Translations under genes and position numbers: made by a program
In this document: positions 15,445-23,353 of the stretch, piece by piece
Numbering within the stretch: the stretch's first letter is position 1
Layout: every line of letters starts with the position of its first letter
Notes under the pieces: model-generated
Database searches by the model: none
The model's input: the letters and a program-made list of their open reading frames with translations, nothing else
Told to the model about the DNA's origin: nothing
DNA from: Candidatus Kuenenia stuttgartensis
GTDB lineage: Bacteria > Planctomycetota > Brocadiia > Brocadiales > Brocadiaceae
Length of the DNA stretch: 32,000 nucleotides
Direction of reading: 5' to 3'
NCBI RefSeq assembly: GCF_900232105.1
Contig: NZ_LT934425.1
Location: forward strand, 3,900,001 to 3,932,000

Positions 15445-16341
15445 ATGTTTACGGCATCTCACATTCCATTTATAATAAGCATCGTCTTGTACCTTATTTC
15501 ATCGGTATGGTCGGTCGGTCACATTATAAAACCTGATTTATTTAACAAAAAAGTGGCCAGATGGGCAACGGTAATGGGCTTTTTAATCCATAGCGGGTAT
15601 CTCATCTTTCTTGGCATTCGTTCTAACAACATTCCCATCACAAACGTTTATGAATCTTTTGTTTCATTGCTCTGGTGCGTCTTATTTGTCTTTATCAACA
15701 TAGATTACCTCTATAAATTGCCTTCTCTGGATACCTTTCTCATGCCGCTCGTTACGGCGCTTTCTCTATGGGCGCTCTCTTTTGATAAAAGTGACATGTT
15801 GATTACGGTGAGTCTCCAGAAATTCTGGCTTGTTGCCCATATTATTCCTATTTTTATCGGCTATGCGGCTTTTACTATATCGTTTAGTTTGAGCGTAATG
15901 TATTTAACACAGCAGAGACAGCTAAAGCATAAAATATTTGGTCGTCTGTTTAACAAACTCCCTTCTTTGGAAGGTATTGATATGCTCATTTGGAAGACTA
16001 TTTCTTTCGGTTTTCCATTACTTACTCTTGGTTTGGTATTTGGTACGTTCTGGGTAAAGACACAGGATATTTTGGGGGAAATGTGGTATTTGGATCCCAA
16101 AGTTATTCTTGGCCTTGCCACATGGCTTATTTATGCCGCCTTATTACACATGCGCCTGGTTGCTTCCTTTCACGGCACAAAGATAGCGTTATTAACGATT
16201 GCCGGTTTTTGTTTTGTTCTTTTTACCTTTATCGGAGCATTTTTTATCGGGTCAAAACACGCTTTTCAAAAACTGAGCACTAATGCGGCATATATCGAAA
16301 TTTTAGCGGCGAATAAACAACAGTACCCTAAGCGGACATAG
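15445..16341 (+). CDS. ccsA: Cytochrome c assembly protein, CcsA/HemX-like polytopic membrane protein
   Basis: 298 aa and multi-TM. The Trp-rich motif is FGTFWVKTQDILGEMWYLDPKVILGLATWLIYAALLH. Position upstream of hemA matches the hemA-hemX arrangement seen in other bacteria. Confidence 0.7.
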   Translation: MFTASHIPFIISIVLYLISSVWSVGHIIKPDLFNKKVARWATVMGFLIHSGYLIFLGIRSNNIPITNVYESFVSLLWCVLFVFINIDYLYKLPSLDTFLMPLVTALSLWALSFDKSDMLITVSLQKFWLVAHIIPIFIGYAAFTISFSLSVMYLTQQRQLKHKIFGRLFNKLPSLEGIDMLIWKTISFGFPLLTLGLVFGTFWVKTQDILGEMWYLDPKVILGLATWLIYAALLHMRLVASFHGTKIALLTIAGFCFVLFTFIGAFFIGSKHAFQKLSTNAAYIEILAANKQQYPKRT

Positions 16342-16344
16342 CTG

Positions 16345-16374
16345 ATAAAAAATACGAAGCACGAAATACGAAAG
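16345..16374 (+). repeat. Intergenic 'TACGAAA' repeat-family copy
   Basis: ATAAAAAATACGAAGCACGAAATACGAAAG; see 12881-12927. A short tandem GATTGCACG/GATTGCATC follows at about 16386-16410. Confidence 0.6.
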
Positions 16375-16566
16375 AGGAACCACTGATTGCACGGATTGCA
16401 TCGATTAAAAAAGTAGTCGGCAACCTACAATCTACAGTAGGCAAATTGCAGACTGAGGACTGAGCGAAAAATGGGAATCTTAGGATTTCCTACTTTTTAA
16501 CGGTACAACCATGGCGGAAGTAGGAGTTATTATTATTTTGATTTGCAATAAGGATTAAATAAAATC

Positions 16567-17859
16567 ATGAGTATTTTAGTGGTGGGACTAAATCATAAAT
16601 CTGCTCCGGTTGATATCAGGGAAAAGCTTGCATTTAATAATAATTCTGTTTCAAACGCACTGTCTTTATTTTCCCAAAAATATCCTTCGTCAGAAGCAGT
16701 TATTTTATCCACCTGTAACCGCGTAGAAATGTACGCGTCGTCCGCTTCAGATGCGGTGAAATTGGAAGATATCCTCTCGTTCCTGGCGGAATTTCATAAA
16801 ATCGAAGAAAATGAATTTTCCCAGTATATGTATCATTATAAAGACGACCGTGCGGTGATGCATCTCTTCCATGTGAGTTCCAGCATTGATTCTATGGTAA
16901 TCGGTGAGTCGCAAATTCTTTCACAGGTTAAAGAGGCATACACACTCGCCAGCATGGAACAATCAACCGGAAAAATTCTCAATCAATTATTCCAACAGGC
17001 GTTAAATATTTCCAAAACGATACACACCAATACTTCCATAGGCCAGGGCAAGGTTTCCATAAGCTCTGTTGCTGTCGAATTTGCTGAAAAGATATTCCAG
17101 GATTTTGCCGGCAAAATGGTATTAGTGGTAGGGGCTGGTGAGATGTGTGAACTTTTGCTTAAACACCTTTATGAAGAGGGGGCGCGAACGATTATTGTAG
17201 CAAACCGTACCTTTGAACGCGCACAGGCAATTGCTGATGCATTTCAAGGTGAGGCGATTAAATATGAATTGCTCGGTGAATACCTTTCAAAGACTGATAT
17301 TATTATTACTTCCACCTCAGCGCCGCATTACGTAATTCATAGCGATCAGGTGAAAGACGCAATTAAGCACCGCAGGGGGAATCCCATGTTCCTTATCGAT
17401 ATTGCCGTTCCCAGAGACATAGAACCGTCTGTTGGCAATATCGACAATGTGTATTTATATAATATTGATGACCTTCAATCCGTTGTAAACCAGAACCTTG
17501 ACGACAGAACCCGCGAAATCGAAAAATGCCGGGCAATTATTGAAAAAGAAGTGGAACACTTCATGGCAAAGCTTGAACAAATAAAGATAGAACCTGCGAT
17601 AACATTATTGAGAAACAGTTTTCACACCATCGGAAAAGATGAATTAAGCCGCTTGAAACCAAAACTGAGGAATATTAATGATGAAGAATGGAACCAGGTG
17701 GTTTACACTATGGAAAGAACCCTCAATAAACTCTTGCATCATCCTGCCAAGATAGCAAAGCAGGAAGCAAGTAACGGAGGAGGATACCGTTACGTAGAGA
17801 CAATTAAAAAACTCTTTGGCGTCTTTCATCACCATTCATCAGAAGATTCAAACAAATAG
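16567..17859 (+). CDS. hemA: Glutamyl-tRNA reductase
   Basis: 430 aa. ILVVGLNHKSAPVDIREKLAF, ILSTCNRVEMY, GESQILSQVK and VVGAGEMCELL are canonical HemA motifs. Confidence 0.95.
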   Translation: MSILVVGLNHKSAPVDIREKLAFNNNSVSNALSLFSQKYPSSEAVILSTCNRVEMYASSASDAVKLEDILSFLAEFHKIEENEFSQYMYHYKDDRAVMHLFHVSSSIDSMVIGESQILSQVKEAYTLASMEQSTGKILNQLFQQALNISKTIHTNTSIGQGKVSISSVAVEFAEKIFQDFAGKMVLVVGAGEMCELLLKHLYEEGARTIIVANRTFERAQAIADAFQGEAIKYELLGEYLSKTDIIITSTSAPHYVIHSDQVKDAIKHRRGNPMFLIDIAVPRDIEPSVGNIDNVYLYNIDDLQSVVNQNLDDRTREIEKCRAIIEKEVEHFMAKLEQIKIEPAITLLRNSFHTIGKDELSRLKPKLRNINDEEWNQVVYTMERTLNKLLHHPAKIAKQEASNGGGYRYVETIKKLFGVFHHHSSEDSNK

Positions 17860-17925
17860 CCCCGCCTCATAGTATCACCATGTAAAAATGTATTACCCTA
17901 TGCAATTGTTCACCATGCCGGCGTA

Positions 17926-18603
17926 TCATGCATATTCAACCGGGTCTTTGTATCCGGATTCTTCGAATGCCTTTCGTCTTAGATAACAGCTATTGCACAC
18001 ACCGCAAGCCTTATCAGTGTTTTTGTAACATGACCAGCTAAGATGGAGCGGCGCTTTCAATGATATACCCAATGTTACAATCTCTGCCTTCGTTTTAAAA
18101 ATAAGTGGAGTCTCCACCGCTATGCGGGTTTCAGGTTTTGTTCCGGCGTCAATCAATTTGTTAAACACTTCGTAATAAAATGGTTTACAATCAGGGTATC
18201 CCGGGGTGTCGTGTGAAACGGCGCCGATAAATACCTTTTCAGCGCCGATAACCTCTGCCCATGAAACTGCTACGGAAAGAAAGAGGGTATTTCTGAATGG
18301 CACGTATGTTGTCGGAATTTCTTTGCTATCAGGCTCTGCCTCTTGAACAGGTATCATCGTATCCGTAAGGCTTGAACCACCAATTTTTTTAAGATAATCG
18401 ATATTTGCAATAAGAATTTGTTCGGCAGGGACTTTGTAATATGCGGCTATTTCATGGAATGCCGAAAGTTCTTTTGATTCGGTTCTTTGTCCATAATTGA
18501 TATGTAATAATGCGAGATCGTATGTTTCATTTGCGATTGCAGCGGTTACACAGCTATCCAAACCGCCGCTGGCAAGCACAATAGCAGTATCTTTTCCTTT
18601 CAT
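17926..18603 (-). CDS. queC: 7-cyano-7-deazaguanine synthase
   Basis: 225 aa. The PP-loop is VLASGGLDSCV and the C-terminal zinc motif is CGVCNSCYLRRKAF. Confidence 0.93.
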   Translation of the reverse strand: MKGKDTAIVLASGGLDSCVTAAIANETYDLALLHINYGQRTESKELSAFHEIAAYYKVPAEQILIANIDYLKKIGGSSLTDTMIPVQEAEPDSKEIPTTYVPFRNTLFLSVAVSWAEVIGAEKVFIGAVSHDTPGYPDCKPFYYEVFNKLIDAGTKPETRIAVETPLIFKTKAEIVTLGISLKAPLHLSWSCYKNTDKACGVCNSCYLRRKAFEESGYKDPVEYA

Positions 18604-18606
18604 TTT

Positions 18607-19242
18607 TTACACGCCCCTTGTTTCCGGCCCCCAAATATACTTATGCATCTGAAGCTGCAACCGCACGTTAATGTGATCCTCTAAAATCCATGAAGCAATT
18701 AAAGAAGGTTGAATCATTCCGTAAACAGGATTCATTAAGATATGGGCAATTTCGGTTAGATGATATTTACTGATCATTGATCTTGCCCATTCATAGTCGT
18801 TTCGTGAAGACAGGACAAATTTAACCTCATCCTTTTTTGTTAAATGCGATATATTGTGCCAGCACATTTTATGGCTCATACCGCTGTCTGGACACTTTAC
18901 ATCCAAAATCCTTATTGTACCTTCGGGCAAAACACTGACGTCATAACTGCCGTTTGTTTCAACAAGAACGGTATAATTCCTGTTAAGTAATTCACGTACC
19001 AACACAGGTGTATTGTGATTTGACAGAGGTTCTCCCCCGGTAACACACACTGATTTCAATCCGAATGAATCAATCTTGTCAATGATGGAAGAAATTGGCA
19101 TTTCATTCCCTTCATCATAGGCATACTGCGTATCACAATAGCTGCAGCGCAAGTTGCATCCGGTTAACCTGACAAAAACAAACGGAAGGCCGGTAAAAGA
19201 CGTCTCTCCCTGTATACTCCTGAATATTTCATTAATCAACAT
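18607..19242 (-). CDS. queE: 7-carboxy-7-deazaguanine synthase (radical SAM)
   Basis: 211 aa. EIFRSIQGETSFTGLPFVFVRLTGCNLRCSYCDTQYA matches QueE. It lies 3 nt upstream of queC. Confidence 0.92.
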   Translation of the reverse strand: MLINEIFRSIQGETSFTGLPFVFVRLTGCNLRCSYCDTQYAYDEGNEMPISSIIDKIDSFGLKSVCVTGGEPLSNHNTPVLVRELLNRNYTVLVETNGSYDVSVLPEGTIRILDVKCPDSGMSHKMCWHNISHLTKKDEVKFVLSSRNDYEWARSMISKYHLTEIAHILMNPVYGMIQPSLIASWILEDHINVRLQLQMHKYIWGPETRGV

Positions 19243-19296
19243 GCAATAATTTTATCAGCAAAAGAAATCCTTGCAAAGTAATTAATGGTATTGATA

Positions 19297-21011
19297 CCTA
19301 AATCCTGCAAACGATTTTCGCAATGCGAAAATCAGTATTTTCCACTACCAAGATTGGCAAAAAGCGATAACAGATATCCGTTTTTTAGCAATTGTGGTAG
19401 CGCTATTGTACTACTTTAAACAAAAAGACATGGGAAATTGTCGGAAACGTGCTCTCTGATGCAATGAAAATCAAGATAGGGATGTACTGTCTCCATCTGC
19501 GGTATACTTACCACTCTCAAAAGACTAAAAAAACGAAATACAACGTCGGTTTTCTACTGAAAAACTACATCCAGTGACATGCGTTCCCACTTTTCCCATT
19601 CCTCCTGATGGAGAAATTTCTCCGGCAATTTTAATGTCATCTGCCGGCTTCTCTCCACCAGTTTCCCTGCCACACGGATTAACCACAGTCTCATCGTCTT
19701 TACTTCCCACTGTTGTATCACTCCACCACTGAGCAATCCCATCCACTTCAAAAGATTATACGCTAACACCGCACACTGAAATAGCGCAGCATTGGCCAAA
19801 AATTCACCCGTACGTATGTGCCCCGCATTCATCTGTCCTTTACTCTCTTCTATCAAAGTCTCGCAGGTAGCCCTCTTTCCATAACAACGATGCGCTTCCA
19901 TCGGACTTAACCGCTCCGTTGTAACGTAACAAAAATACTCATACACGGACACTTCTACTAATTTCTTTTCTCTTTTGACCAATTGCCGCACTGCCACAAA
20001 ACGTCTCGCACGATCCCACCCTGCACATCGATACCAAAATTCAGCCTGTTCCCATCCTGGCTCCCCTTTCACCTCATTCCATTTCTGCCCTTCAAGCAAT
20101 CCTTCCAGATTCTTCAGCTTTACCTTAATCAGATATCCCGCCAATATTGACTCAAGGTATTCAAGTAATTCTCCGGTAAAAAAACCGCTGTCTCCCCGAA
20201 ATACCACCCTTACCCCCTTATTCATGTACGCCATACATTCCTTCATGAACTCTACTACTCCGTTACTCGTGTAGGCGCTTCCACAGCGGAACCAACTATG
20301 TAATACCTCCTTTGTTTCTGCAATAAATGCCATTAAGGGATGATACGCCTTCTGCCCCTTCTTGTGCGGATTATATCCTACCTCTGCACCCTCCTGTTTC
20401 CCATATACACCATCTACGGTAGAATCAACATCTATCCATACTTCGCAAAGAGCACTCCTGAGTTTATGGCCTGATCTCACCGCACGCTTCCATATCTTTC
20501 CCCTAAACCGGTGGATCACCCCCGTCAGTTCCACTATATCTCCCTGACTCGCCAGCTTCATAATACGTCCTATCGTAGTATCTACAGGTACCTCTTTCCA
20601 CCCGGACATCTTCTTCAATACCTCATCTGTACACACCTTCATCACCTCTACCATCGATGTCGCCCCTGCTATCAACCCTATCACTACCATTTGTACCGCA
20701 TCGACAAACTGATACCGGGCATTTGCTCCACGATCCTTATGGACCGCTTCATGGACTCTCTCCCGGAACATCAGCTTACCCATAAAATTCAATACCGGTA
20801 AAAGCCCTGCATGTACCGTTAAGCCTTTCCCGCTCATCTCTGCCTTGATTTTCGGTTGTCTTTTGCTGTATTTTTTTGCTATATTCTTCATCGAAATGGT
20901 GAATCTCCTTTCAGGTGTTTTTTGTTATCAATATACCGCCGAATACCTTGGAAATCCTACCATTTCAATCCTATTCCTGCAACAAGGCTTTGCCTTGTTT
21001 GCAGGATTTAG
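19297..21011 (-). mobile_element. Complete IS1380-family insertion sequence (1715 bp) with perfect 16-bp terminal inverted repeats
   Basis: CCTAAATCCTGCAAAC at 19297-19312 is the exact reverse complement of GTTTGCAGGATTTAGG at 20996-21011. The IR begins with CC, as is typical for this family. It holds a single 445-aa transposase. GATA flanks both ends (19293-19296 and 21013-16, the right one offset by 1 nt). Confidence 0.88.
19554..20891 (-). CDS. IS1380-family DDE transposase
   Basis: 445 aa and uninterrupted. WIDVDSTVDGVYGKQEGAEVGYNPHKKGQKAYHPLMAF...FRGDSGF...TCETLIEESK is the typical IS1380 / DDE_Tnp_1_4 pattern. Confidence 0.9.
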   Translation of the reverse strand: MKNIAKKYSKRQPKIKAEMSGKGLTVHAGLLPVLNFMGKLMFRERVHEAVHKDRGANARYQFVDAVQMVVIGLIAGATSMVEVMKVCTDEVLKKMSGWKEVPVDTTIGRIMKLASQGDIVELTGVIHRFRGKIWKRAVRSGHKLRSALCEVWIDVDSTVDGVYGKQEGAEVGYNPHKKGQKAYHPLMAFIAETKEVLHSWFRCGSAYTSNGVVEFMKECMAYMNKGVRVVFRGDSGFFTGELLEYLESILAGYLIKVKLKNLEGLLEGQKWNEVKGEPGWEQAEFWYRCAGWDRARRFVAVRQLVKREKKLVEVSVYEYFCYVTTERLSPMEAHRCYGKRATCETLIEESKGQMNAGHIRTGEFLANAALFQCAVLAYNLLKWMGLLSGGVIQQWEVKTMRLWLIRVAGKLVERSRQMTLKLPEKFLHQEEWEKWERMSLDVVFQ

Positions 21012-21085
21012 GAGATACTATTTCATTTCGTATTCGGATGTTATTCAATGTACGATTTACGGCAGGGGATGTTACGGATATTCAC

Positions 21086-21559
21086 ATGAAGATTGAACTT
21101 ATAGTAACAGGGAAAACGGAAGATGACTATCTGAAGAGGGGGATATCCGTTTATGCAAACAGGCTAAAGCATTATTGCGCATTTAATATTGCAGAAATTT
21201 CTTCAGTAAAACCTATTAGCAGCAAATCGTCTGAAGATGTGAAGGAAAGAGAAGCAGTTGCTCTTGAAAAATTGCTGGCGCCAACAGACTTTGTTGTACT
21301 GTTGGACGAAAAGGGCAGAGAACTGACTTCTGTTGAATTTGCTGATTTTTTACAGCAAAAGATGAATACGGGTGTAAGGGCAGTTAAATTTGTCTCCGGC
21401 GGGGCATACGGCATTGCAACACAGATAAAAAAAAGGGCAAATTTTACGTTATCATTATCACTGATGACGTTTTCTCATCAGATGGTGCGCCTGTTTTTCG
21501 TAGAGCAACTTTATAGGGCAATGACCATTATCAGGAATGAAAAATATCACCACGAATGA
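21086..21559 (+). CDS. rlmH: 23S rRNA (pseudouridine1915-N3)-methyltransferase, SPOUT family
   Basis: MKIELIVTGKTEDDYLKRGISVYANRLKHY...VVLLDEKGRELTSVEFADFL...FVSGGAYG...LSLSLMTFSHQMVRLFFVEQLYRAMTI matches RlmH. The track ORF starts at 20915, but that extension reads through the IS end, so I take the ATG at 21086. Confidence 0.9.
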   Translation: MKIELIVTGKTEDDYLKRGISVYANRLKHYCAFNIAEISSVKPISSKSSEDVKEREAVALEKLLAPTDFVVLLDEKGRELTSVEFADFLQQKMNTGVRAVKFVSGGAYGIATQIKKRANFTLSLSLMTFSHQMVRLFFVEQLYRAMTIIRNEKYHHE

Positions 21560-21741
21560 TTGAGATATAGTCAAACAAGTCAGGTTTTTGAAACTTAAAC
21601 CGGCAAATGCAGGCGATTCGCACTACATTTTTAGAAAATCAGAAGCTTTTGGCTATAGTACCTGGTGTAAAATAATTATTTCCCTTGCCCTTTTACGGCA
21701 AAAATAGTAATTGCTGTAACAATTTAGTTTTTTGAAAAAGT

Positions 21742-21809
21742 AGGGGCGAAGCATTTGCCAGTTTGGGGAAGAACGCATTTGTGAAATTTATAGCGAATGC
21801 TTCGCCCCT
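21742..21809. repeat. Long hairpin / repeat element: AGGGGCGAAGCATT ... AATGCTTCGCCCCT
   Basis: The 14-bp arms at 21742-21755 and 21796-21809 are perfect (about 17 of 19 if extended). The loop is 40 nt. Confidence 0.7.
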
Positions 21810-21871
21810 GCACTATACGGCAAACATCATTATTATTGGAATTTATCAAAGAACTAAAGGGGAGTATTCCC

Positions 21872-21890
21872 GAACTAAAGTGTTACGAAA
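21872..21890 (+). repeat. Copy 3 of the dispersed motif (GAACTAAAGTGTTACGAAA), preceded by a partial duplicate ATCAAAGAACTAAAGG at 21846-21860
   Basis: Read directly from the sequence. It lies 107 nt upstream of the ORF at 21998. Confidence 0.75.
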
Positions 21891-21997
21891 GAAAAAAAAT
21901 GTCTATTCTACATGCTGCATTCATGCTGCATTCAGCTTACAATATAACAAAGGTTAATGCGTGGCCATTCGTGGCTAACTATTGAGGACTGTATGGT

Positions 21998-22213
21998 ATG
22001 AGGCTGGACAAAGGGCAGATTGAAGTAGTGGACGATAAGGTTGCGGAGATACTCCGTGGAAAAACAGGCATGGAGCGATTACAAATAGTTTGGGATTTAT
22101 GGACGTATTTTCAAAAGAGTCTGAGGGCATATTTAAAAAACCTTCATCCTGAATGGACTGATGAAGAATTGCAAAAAGAGATTATAAGGCGGATGACCCG
22201 TGGAACAAACTAA
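21998..22213 (+). CDS. Small protein of unknown function, putative partner (antitoxin-like) of the downstream nucleotidyltransferase
   Basis: 71 aa. It ends 4 nt before the ATG at 22218, or overlaps the GTG at 22200 by 14 nt. No family is recognised. Confidence 0.5.
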   Translation: MRLDKGQIEVVDDKVAEILRGKTGMERLQIVWDLWTYFQKSLRAYLKNLHPEWTDEELQKEIIRRMTRGTN

Positions 22214-22763
22214 ACTTATGCGTTTGATTGTTCAGGTGTTGGAATCCCTGGAAATACCGTATATGATTACTGGTTCTCACGCATCTGCATATTATGGTGA
22301 ACCCCGTTTTACCATGGATATTGATATTGTCGCAGACCTGAAAGAAGAACAGATTGATGGATTTATCACATTCTTTCAGTCTGATGAATTTTATTGTGAT
22401 AAAGAAACGATAAGGACTGAAATAAAAAGGCGGGGACAGTTCAATATCATCCACTCTACTTCAGGGTTAAAAATTGACATTATTTTGACAAAAGAAACCA
22501 CTTTTTCTAAAACTGAATTTTCCAGGAGAAAAAGGGAATCACTGTTTATTGATAAAAAAGCGAACTTTACAACACCGGAAGATGTAATTATAAAAAAAAT
22601 GGAATTTTATAAAGAGGGCGGTTCTGAAAAACACCTCCGTGATATTACCGGGATTCTCAAAATATCAGGTGACGTACTAGACATGAACTACATCGCCCAA
22701 TGGGCAGACAGATTAGGCATTCGTGTTATATGGGATGCAGTATTAAGGCGACTGAAGGAATAA
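22200..22763 (+). CDS. Minimal nucleotidyltransferase-fold protein (AbiEii/DUF6036-like class)
   Basis: 187 aa (181 aa from the ATG at 22218). ITGSHASAYYGEPRFTMDIDIV fits the GS-x9-12-(D/E)xD polymerase-beta-type NTase signature. Confidence 0.65.
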   Translation: MEQTKLMRLIVQVLESLEIPYMITGSHASAYYGEPRFTMDIDIVADLKEEQIDGFITFFQSDEFYCDKETIRTEIKRRGQFNIIHSTSGLKIDIILTKETTFSKTEFSRRKRESLFIDKKANFTTPEDVIIKKMEFYKEGGSEKHLRDITGILKISGDVLDMNYIAQWADRLGIRVIWDAVLRRLKE

Positions 22764-22937
22764 TTGGTTTGTTTGTGTAGAAATTCTTGCTTTGGACTCG
22801 GGTAAATACTGATGTTATTCCGTGTCCTATTGAAAGGAGAATTGCACAATGGCAACAGGCAGATGGGTTATAGACGATCGCACACTAAAAGGAGAAGAGC
22901 TTAAGGCATATTTGGAAGCATAGAAGTATGGGATGAA

Positions 22938-23093
22938 ATGGAAATTGCACGACTTGGCTGGACAGGAGGAGACGATTACAACCTTGCCTACTTTCGGCAC
23001 ACCGGCAAATGGCAGGACTGTTTATCAGGGACACTGGACGAATGCCTTCAGGCGATAAAAGATAATGAGTTTGGGTTGTTTTGGATTTTTTAA
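22938..23093 (+). pseudogene. Possible C-terminal remnant of a DUF3024-like gene
   Basis: The frame reads (EVWDE)MEIARLGWTGGDDYNLAYFRHTGKWQDCLSGTLDECLQAIKDNEFGLFWIF*. It resembles the ...W.lyw..r..kWh.Y.....sleelL..v.eD..g.FWG ending of DUF3024 as I remember it. A separate short ORF with a good RBS (ATG 22850, MATGRWVIDDRTLKGEELKAYLEA*) ends in TAG just upstream, in another frame. Confidence 0.3.
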
Positions 23094-23353
23094 TTTGAAT
23101 TGTCTGACCAACCCCAATGGATTTGACTGGTAATTAAGAAAAGGCTGAAATGATTGAAAAAGCCGAATATGAGGAGCTTGAAAGCCTGATTTAATCAAAG
23201 AATGATTCGGCTGAAGATAAAGCAGAAAATTAAAAAGAGTCTGGTAGGTGAATGCCATTATCTTGGCTATACCCAACCCATATCTGTCCGCGTCTCAATT
23301 ACAAAAGTATGGAGGGGATATGTATGCCATGTGAACGGTTACTGTTTTTATTT

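Noticed and set aside
16420-16500. Terminator after the ccsA-like gene (GGAATCTTAGGATTTCC followed by TACTTTTT)
   Set aside because: The stem is only 6 bp with a bulge and is AT-rich, which is too weak to call. hemA may be co-transcribed.
19243-19296. preQ1 riboswitch upstream of queE-queC
   Set aside because: Only 54 nt of native sequence remain before the IS. The minus-strand sequence TATCAATACCATTAATTACTTTGCAAGGATTTCTTTTGCTGATAAAATTATTGC lacks the conserved preQ1-I hairpin and A-rich tail features that I remember.
20915-21085. N-terminal 57-codon extension of the rlmH ORF
   Set aside because: The extension reads out of the IS1380 right end and inverted repeat. RlmH homology begins at the ATG at 21086 (MKIELIV...).
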